Positions 38,327-48,466 of a stretch of DNA of 64,000 nucleotides are shown here, piece after piece. The stretch comes from Gemmatimonas sp. GTDB taxonomy: Bacteria; Gemmatimonadota; Gemmatimonadetes; Gemmatimonadales; Gemmatimonadaceae. The notes beneath the pieces were generated by a model. It made no database searches. It had not been told where the DNA came from and worked only from the letters and a program-made list of their open reading frames with translations. Each line of letters opens with the position of its first letter. Position 1 is the first letter of the stretch. The translations under genes were made by a program, and so were the position numbers. The stretch is taken from NCBI RefSeq assembly GCF_051059595.1, contig NZ_CP050872.1; one strand, given 5' to 3'.

Positions 38327-39703
38327 ATGCTGAGTCGCATCGAGATCCGAAACTTTCGGAGTATCCGGCGGGCATCCGTTTCGATACCCGCTAGTGGCAT
38401 TTGCGCCGTTGTTGGAGCAAATGGCTCGGGTAAAAGCAATCTCGTTCGAGCTCTCAGATTTTTGGCGTCCATCACGCATAATGGGCTAGATGGTGCCGTA
38501 ATCGAGGCGGGGGGTGCTGAAGGACTGTTCCCCAAAGCAATTCCTTCGGAGCGTTGGCATGTGGAGAATACCTCGATTGTTTCGAGATTCTCTCCGTCCG
38601 GGCTTTCACCGCTGCTAAAGACGCCTCGGATTAAGTGCGATAGTCTTGTCCATTCCATCGAGCTTGGGATTCGATCTCGAGCAACGCAAGAGCAAGGGCA
38701 GTTCGACTTGCTTGAAGAGACTTTAGAATTTTCTGGTGGAGTGTCTACGGATGCTCAACTTGACATTCAAGACGTCGCGCTCGTCGGACGACCAAGATTG
38801 CAGATCAAGAAGGGGCAGAAGGGTGGCTTGGTCGCTCAGACGGAGAGGTTCCCGGAGGGATCCCGCAGGGTGGCCCTCGAATGGCTGGGCCTCGCCGATA
38901 TCTTTGTCCGACCCGACGCAGAGGGGAATTTTGCGGACGAGGAGGTTGCCCAGTGGCTAGATCGACTAGGGCGTCCAGAACAGCAAGGGGGCTCTGCTGA
39001 CTCCTTCTTGAGTAGGCAACCTGGGAATCCACTTCTGTTCTCGCCACTAGTAGACGAACTCGCTGACTACTTTCGGCGACTGCTGTGGTTTGACCTTCAG
39101 TTAGACGTTCTGCGGCGAGAGCAGCCCAGATCCAGACCCGGTGTGCTCGGAAGTAATGGATCTGGATTGCCGGCCGCCGTCAATCTGTTGGCTAAGGATT
39201 TCGACGCGCACAGGCGAGTTCGGGGTGCACTTCGGGAGATCGCTCCATTAATCCAAGGCTTCCAAGTGAAGGTTCTTGGTTCCACCAAGGAGTACATAGC
39301 CTTTGCTGAAACCGCAGCCCTGCGGGAAGTAGAATCATGGGAAGCATCTGATGGAACGCTACGGACGCTTGCATTGCTCGTCGCAGTCGCCACCGCACGG
39401 AGCGATTCGATTCTTCTCTTGGAAGAGCCGGAGATTGGTCTTCATCCTTGGGCGGTCAGAAGCATGATGTCGTTCATTCGAGAGGAGGTCGAAAGGAGGC
39501 ACTTGCAGGTTCTAATAACGACTCATTCAGAGCATGTAATTCGAGAACTCGGTGCTGCCGAGCTGCTTGTCGCTGATAGAGTCGCAGACCAAGGTACGGA
39601 ATTCGTTGCCGCATATGACCTAGTCGGAGAGCTAAGTGGCGACGAGCTCGCGGACCTGTGGATTCGCGGTCTTCTTCGAGGGGTTCCTGAGGGGGCAGAC
39701 TGA
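38327..39703 (+). CDS. AAA_21/AAA_15-type ABC ATPase (putative conflict/defence ATPase)
   Basis: IRNFRSI, Walker A GANGSGKSN, signature-like ASDGTLR, Walker B LLEEPEIGLHP, H-loop TTHS; low GC. Confidence 0.88.
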   Translation: MLSRIEIRNFRSIRRASVSIPASGICAVVGANGSGKSNLVRALRFLASITHNGLDGAVIEAGGAEGLFPKAIPSERWHVENTSIVSRFSPSGLSPLLKTPRIKCDSLVHSIELGIRSRATQEQGQFDLLEETLEFSGGVSTDAQLDIQDVALVGRPRLQIKKGQKGGLVAQTERFPEGSRRVALEWLGLADIFVRPDAEGNFADEEVAQWLDRLGRPEQQGGSADSFLSRQPGNPLLFSPLVDELADYFRRLLWFDLQLDVLRREQPRSRPGVLGSNGSGLPAAVNLLAKDFDAHRRVRGALREIAPLIQGFQVKVLGSTKEYIAFAETAALREVESWEASDGTLRTLALLVAVATARSDSILLLEEPEIGLHPWAVRSMMSFIREEVERRHLQVLITTHSEHVIRELGAAELLVADRVADQGTEFVAAYDLVGELSGDELADLWIRGLLRGVPEGAD

Positions 39704-40339
39704 ATGTCGCCAAGGAAGGTTCGATTGGCATTTGTCGTTGAAGGACGAGGGGAGCGACATGCCATTCGTACGTTAGCTGCTAGGATCGCTGGTCATGACT
39801 GTTCTCATCTTGTGGTGTCATGCGCGAACGGTGCCGGAAAGATCTATTCCGATCTCGAGGGGGAGCTCGATAAGGTCGTAACCGCATGTCTTCCTCTGCA
39901 CATTATTGTACTCGCCGACTCAAGAGATCTAGTTCGGACAAAAAAACGTAGCTGTGTGGCACTTCGCGAAGAGCTCTCGCAGAGAGCAAACAACTGGATT
40001 CTGAAGGCCCAACAGCTTGGCTCTCCGGTCGAATCGGTAAAGATTGTTCTTGTCGTCCAGCAGTTTGAAACGTGGCTGCTCGCAGACTTCGGCGTTTTCA
40101 GAGAAAACGTACGGCTTAAGGGAAGTCAAAGTTCTTATCTGGGATGGGGTCGGATTGATGATGACCTCCCTAACCCGCTTGACTGGCTTAAGGCCAATCT
40201 CCACCCTCGCGAGAGAGCTAAAGACGTGAATAGAGGGAAGACGATTCTGTCTCAGGCAGATCTAGAGCTGCTCCAGCAGAGATCACACTCATTCTCAGTT
40301 TTCGTTCGTGCAGTTAAAGCAGTATCACCTCTCTACTAA
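39704..40339 (+). CDS. DUF4276/RloB-like TOPRIM-fold protein
   Basis: FVVEGRGE, VLADSRD, FETWLLAD, RSHSF; the start directly abuts the ATPase stop codon (TGA-ATG). Confidence 0.72.
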   Translation: MSPRKVRLAFVVEGRGERHAIRTLAARIAGHDCSHLVVSCANGAGKIYSDLEGELDKVVTACLPLHIIVLADSRDLVRTKKRSCVALREELSQRANNWILKAQQLGSPVESVKIVLVVQQFETWLLADFGVFRENVRLKGSQSSYLGWGRIDDDLPNPLDWLKANLHPRERAKDVNRGKTILSQADLELLQQRSHSFSVFVRAVKAVSPLY

Positions 40340-40502
40340 GGTGAGTTCCCATGCGATGGTGAAAGCCGCTTGCTCATGTCTGAAAGCGGACTTGGCAGCC
40401 TTTAGGTGTGAGGCCACGGGTAAACCCTGAACTCGCAGCCTGGATACAAGACCCGGAAACGATCCGTTTCGAGTTCTGGGTTCTGGCTCTAACTTCAGAC
40501 TG

Positions 40503-42152
40503 TTACGGCGTAACCTTCGCGCGATCAAGCTTTCTATAATTCACGTCCAGTGCATCCAACCGCTTGAGGTGCACTGGCAGGCGGGTCATGAAGTCGCCGA
40601 AGTCGCGCCGGTCTTTGCGGCTCCACAACGCTTCGCACAGCGCCACCAGACGCGGGTACGCCATGTACTCGAGCTGACGGGGGTCGGGGATATACTCCGT
40701 CCACAACTGGGCCTGCGCCCCCAGAATGTGCTTCGCTTCTTCTGGCGTGAGCGACGGCGGCACCGGCTCGAAGCCGTACACCTTCTCGATGTTGGTAAAG
40801 CCGCCAATCGCCAGCGGCTCGCTCTTCTTGTCCTGCGACTGGTAATGATCGAAGTACGTATGGCTCCCCGGCGCCATCACGACATCGTGTCCTTCTTTCG
40901 CGGCGGCAATGCCACCGTCCATACCACGCCAGCTCATCACGGTGGCGTTGGGGGCGAGCCCGCCTTCGAGAATCTCATCCCATCCAATGAGACGGCGTCC
41001 CTTCTTGGTAAGGAACGTGTCCATCTGCCGGATGAACCAGCTCTGCATCTCGTGCTCGTCTTTCAATCCGAGTGACTTGATGCGCGCCTGAATTTGTGGG
41101 CTGGCCTTCCATTGGTCCTTCACGGCTTCGTCGCCGCCAATGTGAATCCACGGCGACGGAAACAGCATGAGCACTTCGCTGAGCACGTCCTGCATGAACG
41201 CGACGCTGCTGTCCGATGGATTGAGGATGTACTTGCTCACGCCCCAGATGGTGCGCAGTCCCGGAACGGAATCGGTGGTGCTGGCCAGAAACGGATACGC
41301 GTACACCGCGGCCTGTACGTGCCCCGGCATCTCGATTTCCGGCACGACCGTGATCATGCGCTCGGCGGCATACGCCACCACTTCGCGCACATCATCCTGC
41401 GTGTAGAAACCGCAGTGGGGCTTGCCGTCGAACACCTGCTTGGCCGGATCGTCGGTGTGCGAGCCCACGAGTGTCTGCGGGCGGCACGAACTCACTTCGG
41501 TGAGGCGCGGGTACTTCTTGATTTCAATGCGCCAGCCCTGATCTTCGGTGAGGTGCCAGTGAAAGCGATTGAGTTTGTGTCGCGCCAGCAGGTCGATGTA
41601 TTTCTTGACGAACGCCTTCGGCATGAAGTGCCGCGATACATCGAGGTGCGACCCGCGCCAGGTGAAGCGCGGCGCGTCTTCGATGTGCACCGCGGGGACC
41701 GACCACACGGTGCCCGGAATAGGCGCGTCGCGATAGATGGCAGGGGGCAGCAGCTGCTTGACCGTCTCGAGTGCGTAGAACGCGCCGGCCGGCGTGCTGG
41801 CCTCGGCGACGATGCCGTTGCTCGTCACGTCCAGCCGGTACGCTTCGTCGCCCAATCCTTTCACCTGCCGCAGTACGATGCCCTGCGCGGCGGCTGTGGC
41901 GGGACGCACCACAAGATCGAAACCCGTGGGGTTCGCCACATCGCGCACGAAGCGGCGGGCTACGGACGCAAACGCCGGACTGGCAGCAATGGGCGTGTTG
42001 CGCGTGATGGTGTAGGCGCCGGTCTGGGGCGTGAGCACACCTGGGCGCGGAATGACGGCGTACCGATCGCCGAGGGCGCCTTGCGCGGAGAGTTCACGGG
42101 CAGCGACAGAGAGCGTAAGCGCCGCCAGGAGGCGTACAGCAACGGTCGTCAT
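40503..42152 (-). CDS. Beta-N-acetylhexosaminidase (GH20)
   Basis: HLDVSRHF, HWHLTEDQGWR, EIEMPGH, HIGGDE, LWTEY. Confidence 0.95.
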   Translation of the reverse strand: MTTVAVRLLAALTLSVAARELSAQGALGDRYAVIPRPGVLTPQTGAYTITRNTPIAASPAFASVARRFVRDVANPTGFDLVVRPATAAAQGIVLRQVKGLGDEAYRLDVTSNGIVAEASTPAGAFYALETVKQLLPPAIYRDAPIPGTVWSVPAVHIEDAPRFTWRGSHLDVSRHFMPKAFVKKYIDLLARHKLNRFHWHLTEDQGWRIEIKKYPRLTEVSSCRPQTLVGSHTDDPAKQVFDGKPHCGFYTQDDVREVVAYAAERMITVVPEIEMPGHVQAAVYAYPFLASTTDSVPGLRTIWGVSKYILNPSDSSVAFMQDVLSEVLMLFPSPWIHIGGDEAVKDQWKASPQIQARIKSLGLKDEHEMQSWFIRQMDTFLTKKGRRLIGWDEILEGGLAPNATVMSWRGMDGGIAAAKEGHDVVMAPGSHTYFDHYQSQDKKSEPLAIGGFTNIEKVYGFEPVPPSLTPEEAKHILGAQAQLWTEYIPDPRQLEYMAYPRLVALCEALWSRKDRRDFGDFMTRLPVHLKRLDALDVNYRKLDRAKVTP

Positions 42153-42160
42153 CGGAACGG

Positions 42161-42865
42161 TTACGTGAGTTGCAGCGCGCGAACGACATCGCGCACAATG
42201 GTCGGATCGGTGGCCCGTGCGTGCACCTGACGCAGCTCGGTGCGTTGTACCAGCTCCCGCACCGTCGCGCCACGCACATTGCCGCCCGCGAGAATCGTAA
42301 GCCGGTCACCGGCGCGCTGACGCAGGGCGTTGAGCGTGGCGGCACCGTCGAGCGCAGTGGGCGCCTGCCCGCTGGTCAGAATCATGTCGACGCCCGCATG
42401 CATGAGCGCATGCAGCGAGGCAAATGGGTCGGGCGTGCGGTCGAAGGCGCGGTGGAATACCACCTTCATGGGGCGCGCCAGTGCTGCGAGTTGCGTGAGC
42501 TGCTGTTCGTGCACCGTGTCGTCCTGCTGCAGCGGCCCCAGCACAATGCCGTCCACGCCCAGCGTGCGCGCGGTCACGATGTCATTGGCCATCACGTCGA
42601 GATCGTCGTCGCAATAGCGGAAGTCCCGCGTCTGCGGGCGGATCATGATGTGCAGCGGAATGGTGATCAGGTCACGACATCGCGCAATGAGGCCGAGCGA
42701 TGGCGTGGTGCCACCATCGCCCGGGCCGCACAACTCGATCCGGCCGACCCCCGCGTCCTGCGCCGCGAGTGCCGTGTACACCGAATCGCAACACGCCTCG
42801 ACCAGCACGCCACCCGCCAGCGGGGCGACGGGTACAGGCGCGTCCAAGGCGCGTAAGGGTGTCAC
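42161..42865 (-). CDS. cutC: Copper homeostasis protein CutC family TIM barrel
   Basis: VEAC, RIELC, GGTTPS, HIMIRP, FHRAFD, ILTSG, AGG; GTG start 2 bp after the MFS stop codon. Confidence 0.9.
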   Translation of the reverse strand: MTPLRALDAPVPVAPLAGGVLVEACCDSVYTALAAQDAGVGRIELCGPGDGGTTPSLGLIARCRDLITIPLHIMIRPQTRDFRYCDDDLDVMANDIVTARTLGVDGIVLGPLQQDDTVHEQQLTQLAALARPMKVVFHRAFDRTPDPFASLHALMHAGVDMILTSGQAPTALDGAATLNALRQRAGDRLTILAGGNVRGATVRELVQRTELRQVHARATDPTIVRDVVRALQLT

Positions 42866-42866
42866 C

Positions 42867-44090
42867 TCAGTGCGCCGCGGCGGCGCGATTGACCGTCGCC
42901 GATGGACGGAAGAGGACCAGGAACACGACAAACACGACGAGCGCGCCGATACCTGCCATCTGCCACACCTGCAACCAGTCGTGCGCCGGGGCGCCAGTGG
43001 CTGAGGTGGTCGCATAACGGTTCACGACACTGCCGGACACGGACGCGCCAACGAAATAGCCGACGCCGTTCGTGACGAGATTGAGGAAGCCCTGTGCGGC
43101 CGCGCGAATCTTCGGGCCAGCCACTTCGTCGGTGTAGATCTGGCCAGCGACGAAGAAGAAGTCGTAGCAGATGCCGTGCAACAGAATGCCGGCATAAATG
43201 AGCGCCATGCCACCACCCGCATCACCACGGCTGAACGCAAAGTAGCGGAGCCCCCACGCCAGCATGCCAACCAGCATGATCCACTTGATCCCGAGGCGGC
43301 GGAGCGCGAAGGGCAGCATCAGCATGAAGCCGACTTCCGACGCCTGGCCGAAGGACATGATGCCCGCGGCGTTCGGCACGCCGATTTCATTCATGAACGG
43401 ATTCGCGAAGGCGTAGTAGAACTGCAGTGGAATACACAGCAGGAACGACCCCAGCACGAAGATGACGAAGTCGGGGCGCTTGAGGAGCTGCAAGGCATCG
43501 AGCCCCAACGCGTCACGCGCGCTGAAGGGAGCGCCGGCCGCACGCGGTGGCGTGTGTGGCAGCAGCAACGCAAAGAGGCCGAGCGCCACCGATCCCGCGG
43601 CCGAGATCTGCATGGGAATGGCGAGCTTGTCGGCCTTCAGCACGAAGCCCACGAGGACGCCGGAGGCCACGATCCACCCGATCGTGCCGAAGACCCGGAT
43701 GATCGGGAAATCGCGCGTCGAGTCGGTCACGTTGTGCAACGAAATGGAATTCGTGAGCGACAGCGTGGGCATGTAGCAGAACGCGTACGCGAGCAGCAAC
43801 GGATAGAACGCACTCCACTCCGTCTGCTGCGACATGAGAAACATCAGCGCTGCACCAACCAGATGCAGAACGGCCAACAGTTTTTCCGAGGCAAAGAAGC
43901 GGTCGGCCACGATGCCCATGAAAAACGGCGAAACGATCGCCGCAATGGCCGTCGCGCCATACGCGCTACCGATCTGGGTGTCGGTGAACCCGCGCGTCGC
44001 GCCCAGATACGTGCCCATCGTCACGAACCACGATCCCCACACGAAGTACTGCAGGAACATCATGATCGACATTCTGGTCTTCGTGCTCAT
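42867..44090 (-). CDS. MFS transporter, nucleoside:H+ symporter (NupG-like) family
   Basis: [34 protein letters not shown]; 12-TM pattern. Confidence 0.9.
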   Translation of the reverse strand: MSTKTRMSIMMFLQYFVWGSWFVTMGTYLGATRGFTDTQIGSAYGATAIAAIVSPFFMGIVADRFFASEKLLAVLHLVGAALMFLMSQQTEWSAFYPLLLAYAFCYMPTLSLTNSISLHNVTDSTRDFPIIRVFGTIGWIVASGVLVGFVLKADKLAIPMQISAAGSVALGLFALLLPHTPPRAAGAPFSARDALGLDALQLLKRPDFVIFVLGSFLLCIPLQFYYAFANPFMNEIGVPNAAGIMSFGQASEVGFMLMLPFALRRLGIKWIMLVGMLAWGLRYFAFSRGDAGGGMALIYAGILLHGICYDFFFVAGQIYTDEVAGPKIRAAAQGFLNLVTNGVGYFVGASVSGSVVNRYATTSATGAPAHDWLQVWQMAGIGALVVFVVFLVLFRPSATVNRAAAAH

Positions 44091-44818
44091 TACGGCAACT
44101 CCCTGATGCGAACGTTACGGAAATACACCCGATCTCCATGATCCTGCAGCGCGATGTGCCCACGCGTCGCGCGTCCGTACTTCTCGGCGGTGGCGAACTT
44201 GCTCGCCTTGCGCCGCGTTTCCCAATGGGCAGAGCCGAGTTCGTACTCGGCCATTTTGGTGTTGTTGAGCCAGTGCTCGACGTGGGTGCCGTTTACCACG
44301 AGCCTCGCGCTGTTCCACTCGCCCGCAGCCTTGACCACTCCACGTGGCGCGGGATGCAGGGCGTAGTTGGCACCCGCAGATGTGAGCGGATTCTTGCCGT
44401 CACGGTGCACGGCATCGTCGAGAATCTGCATTTCGGGACCGCTGAGGTAGCTCTTCTCGCCGGCGTGATCGATGCGATAGATCACACCACTGTTGCCACC
44501 CTTCTCCACCTTCCATTCGAGGTCGAGCTCGAAATCGCCGTATTGCTTGTCGGTCGTGAGGTCGCCGCCGTCACCGGTACGAATGAGTACGCCGTTCTCC
44601 ATCGTCCAGCCGGTCACCGGCTTGCCGGGCGTGTCGTAGTTGTGCCACCCCACGACGGTCTTGCCGTCGAAAAGCGGTGACCATTTCGCCGACTTGGCCT
44701 GCGCCGCGAGATCGCGGGCCGGGAAGCTCATCGCGACGGTGGCGACCAGGAGCGTGGCGAGCGCGCGTCGGTACGACCGGGTGCGGGGGAGAGGACGCCC
44801 GGGGAAGAGCGACAGCAT
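44090..44818 (-). CDS. DUF1080 domain protein (3-keto-disaccharide hydrolase family), secreted; start uncertain
   Basis: LFDGK...[36 protein letters not shown]. Confidence 0.9.
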   Translation of the reverse strand: MLSLFPGRPLPRTRSYRRALATLLVATVAMSFPARDLAAQAKSAKWSPLFDGKTVVGWHNYDTPGKPVTGWTMENGVLIRTGDGGDLTTDKQYGDFELDLEWKVEKGGNSGVIYRIDHAGEKSYLSGPEMQILDDAVHRDGKNPLTSAGANYALHPAPRGVVKAAGEWNSARLVVNGTHVEHWLNNTKMAEYELGSAHWETRRKASKFATAEKYGRATRGHIALQDHGDRVYFRNVRIRELP

Positions 44819-45036
44819 GGTGCGGAGCTCCAGCATCGGAGTGAGCAAGGCAGGATAGACAGGGCAATGCTATGCCCGGTCACGGCTGCACGGAAGGCGT
44901 TACCGCAACATGGAGCGGCATGGAGCGACATCGTGAGGTGGGTGACGGGGCGCGTGGCACCGTACCTGCTTCCATGGGGGTAGTGGCGTGCGCCCGAACG
45001 TGACGTATGCCTCGTTCCCACCAACGGAGTTTGACC

Positions 45037-45294
45037 ATGTCACTGCTGTGGACAGCCCTTATCGGTCTCATCGCCGGCGCGCTCGCCAAGGCGATCATGC
45101 CCGGCCGTGATCCGGGCGGCATCATCATCACCATGTTGCTGGGTGTGGCCGGCGCCATGCTGGGCACCTTCCTGGGGCGCGCGGTGGGCTGGTATCAGCC
45201 CGGCGAAGCCGCCGGCCTCATCGCGGCCATCGTCGGCGCGGTCGTGTTGCTCTTCATCTACCGGTCTTTCCGTGGGCGCAGCCCGGTAGCCTGA
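45037..45294 (+). CDS. GlsB/YeaQ/YmgE family stress-response membrane protein
   Basis: IGLIAGALAKAIMPG...LLGVAGA...AIVGAVVLLFIY. Confidence 0.9.
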   Translation: MSLLWTALIGLIAGALAKAIMPGRDPGGIIITMLLGVAGAMLGTFLGRAVGWYQPGEAAGLIAAIVGAVVLLFIYRSFRGRSPVA

Positions 45295-45390
45295 GCCATT
45301 CGTCGGAGTCGCCATCGTGCGACCGGCACTCCGCCGGTCGCGCGGTGGCGCGCCGCGTCGTGCCCCACCCCGAGCGCGTATTTTCCGGGT

Positions 45391-45921
45391 ATGACTGCCG
45401 ACCAAATCGATCCCAGCTACCCCATTGGCCGCTTCGCCCGCCGTGATGCCTATTCGGCCGCCGAACGCGCCGCACACATTGCCCGTATCGGCGCCCAGCC
45501 CAGCCGCCTCACCGCCGTGCTCGACGGTCTGGAGGAGCACGACTTCGACGCGCCCTACCGCGCCGGCGGATGGACTGTGCGCCAGCTCGTGCACCACATG
45601 GCCGACAGCCATATGAACGCGTTCCTCCGCGTCAAACTGGGGCTCACCGAAGACCACCCCACGATCAAGCCCTACGATCAGGACGCTTGGGCAACGCTGG
45701 CGGACACGACCCTTTCGCCCCACGTCTCGGTCGCCCTCTTCGCTGCCACGCACATCCGGCTGCACAGCGTACTGCAGTCGATGACGGCCGAGCAGTTCTC
45801 GCGCACCATCATGCACCCCGAGAACGGCGCCATGTCACTCGACCAAGTCGCCGCCATGTACGCGTGGCATGGGGACCACCATCTCGCGCAGCTGGAGCGC
45901 TTCCTCTTGGTCTATCGCTAG
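45391..45921 (+). CDS. yfiT: YfiT/DinB family putative metal-dependent thiol transferase
   Basis: YPIGRF, YRAGGWTVRQLVHHMADSH, YAWHGDHH. Confidence 0.88.
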   Translation: MTADQIDPSYPIGRFARRDAYSAAERAAHIARIGAQPSRLTAVLDGLEEHDFDAPYRAGGWTVRQLVHHMADSHMNAFLRVKLGLTEDHPTIKPYDQDAWATLADTTLSPHVSVALFAATHIRLHSVLQSMTAEQFSRTIMHPENGAMSLDQVAAMYAWHGDHHLAQLERFLLVYR

Positions 45922-45935
45922 GGCTCTGCGCTCTT

Positions 45936-46325
<390 letters not shown>

Positions 46326-46328
46326 GCG

Positions 46329-48366
46329 TTACCGCCCCACCGGCTCCGATTCGAAAATCCGCCCCGCGTCGCCCACCGCCGCCACCCCAGTGCTCCCCGG
46401 CACCCCAAACAGCGCGTAGATAATGCTGCGCCAGGTCGACGGCACCGGACGCCACGCCACGCCGTCGTAGCGCACCACCGTGCCGCTGTCGCCCACCGCG
46501 TACACCTCGGTGGGCCCGCGCCCCCAAAGCGCCCGCAGATCACGCGGTGTGGGCGTGGGGAGCGCCTGCCACGACACCCCGTCAAAGCGCAGCGCCGTGC
46601 CGCTGTCGCCCACCGCGAAGACATCGTTGCCCGCGCTCCCCCAGATGGCGCGCAGGCGGCTCTGCGTCGGCGCCGGCATGGCCTGCCAGCGACCGCCGTC
46701 GAAGCGCAGCACCGTCCCGGAGTCGCCAACCACAAACAGGTTGGACGGGTCGGTTCCCCACGCCGCGCGCAGGAACCGAAGGGTGCCGCTCTGCTGCGGC
46801 GTCCACCCCGTGCCGCTGTTCCGCAGAATGGTCCCGCGCTCACCCACGATGACATGTTGGCCGCCGCCGCTCCACACGCTGCGAAGCACCGCGCGGGTGG
46901 GGGAGTTGTCGACGCGCCATGTGCTGCCGTTGAAGCGCAGAATACTCCCCGTATCGCCCACCGCCACGATGTCGGTGGCCCCATTGCCGCTGATGCCGTA
47001 GAGGTCGTTCGACGACGGCACACGCTCCGGCACCCACGCGCTGCCCGTTCGACGCAACACCGTCCCGCCGAACCCCACCGCGAACATCGGTCCCGGTGAC
47101 GCGCCATACACCGACAGCAGCGGCGGATCGTTGTTGTCCACCGTCACCTCGGCCGCGCTGCCACTGCCGCGCAGCGTGAGCACGGTCCCGTACCAGCCGG
47201 CCAGCCGTAGCGACCCATCCTGCCGCTGAGCGATGGCGCGCAAATTCGACCCGATGCCAATGGACAACGCGCGCCACGAACTGCCGTCGAAATGGTAGGT
47301 CGCGCCGCTGTTGCCGACGGCGTAGACATCGTTGAAGGCGCGGCCGCGGAGCGCAAAGAGATTGGCCGTGCCCGGCGACTCCATGCGGCGCCACTCGACG
47401 CCGTCAAAACGCACAATGCCACCTTCGACGCCCACGGCGAACACGTTGCCGGCGCTGGTGCCCCAAATGTCGAAAAACGGGACGGCGTTGGGGATGGTTT
47501 GCCGCGTCCATGTGCTGCCGTTCCAGCGCACGATGGTGCCGTTGTTTCCCGCCGCGAAGACCGTCGTACTGTTGGCCCCCCACAGCCCCCAGAGTTCATC
47601 CGTCACGCCGCTCGTCATGGACTGCATGGCGACGCCGTCCCAGCGCAGGATCGTACCCCGCTCCCCCGAGATGAACACATCGGTGGCCGACAGCCCCCAC
47701 ACCTCGAGCAGCGTGGCGGTCGTGCCGCTGTTCACACGGGTAAAGCTGCTGCCCGCGCCGCGGAGAATGAGTCCGCCCGAACCCACCAGCCAGACATCGG
47801 CGGGAGAACTTCCCCAGATGCCGACGATGGTTTCGGTGGTGCCGAGCGGCACGATTTCCCATGGGCCGTCATTGCGCGAACGGAGCAGCCCACCGTTCTG
47901 GCCGCCGGCGTACGTGGTGCCGGCGCCGTCGTCCCACACCGCGAGAAAGGTGACGTCGGACACCCCACTGCGGGCCGTGCGCCACTGCGTAATGCCAGGG
48001 GAGGTGGCGGTCACCGAAACGGTAACCAGTGCCGAGAGCGGGCCGGCGTTACCCGTGGCATTGGCGGTAATGCGTGCCACACCGGGCGCGACGCCGAAGC
48101 ACGAGGCCCTTGGCGTCTACCGTTGCCACGGCGGGCGCATCACTTCGCCACGTCAACGCGGGCGATGTGACCAGCGCACCGGTCGCGTCACGCCCTTCGG
48201 CGCGCAACGGCGCTCGTTCACCGGCGGGCAAGTTCACGGAGGCCGGCGACACGGTCAGCGAGGTCAACCGCACATCCGGCGTGACTTCCACCGGCCGCTC
48301 GCTGCAGCCGGCGGCGAACAGCAACGAGACCCAGAGCAGCGATGCTCGATACACACGCGAAGGCAT
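46329..48366 (-). CDS. Lipoprotein with Ig-like (Big_2) domain and 14 WG-type beta-propeller blades (one frameshift near 48095)
   Basis: Lipobox AAGC; Big_2-like LTVSPASV...WRSDAPAVATVD; ORFs 48049-48366 and 46329-48080 join after removing one base; about 39-aa L.A.WG...DV.AVG..G..L.FDG..W repeats. Confidence 0.8.
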
Positions 48367-48417
48367 GTGGGGAGCCTAGCGATATTGGCCCTCTCCTCGC
48401 AACTGACCACAAACGGA

Positions 48418-48452
48418 AAACGCGCCGTGCTCCTACAGAGCACGGCGCGTTT
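48418..48452 (-). terminator. Rho-independent terminator after DUF1501
   Basis: 15-bp stem AAACGCGCCGTGCTC / GAGCACGGCGCGTTT; reads into TTTTCCGTTT on the minus strand, about 15 bp after the stop codon. Confidence 0.8.
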
Positions 48453-48466
48453 CTCCACGTGAACGG

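Noticed and set aside
38313-40422. GCCACGG at both ends of the low-GC insert as a target-site duplication
   Set aside because: Only 7 bp, GC-rich, and the right copy is about 80 bp inside the compositional boundary; not significant.
40356-40430. 24-aa Cys-containing small ORF (MVKAACSCLKADLAAFRCEATGKP) after the DUF4276 gene
   Set aside because: Too short, no clear RBS, and no recognisable family; could arise by chance.
42866-43015. N-terminal extension of CutC in the ORF track (start 43015)
   Set aside because: It overlaps the MFS gene by 150 bp; the GTG at 42865 just after the MFS stop codon is the more plausible start.
44907-44930. Short direct repeat CATGGAGCG x2 in the DUF1080/GlsB divergent region
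   Set aside because: Two 9-bp copies are too weak to call an operator without comparative data.
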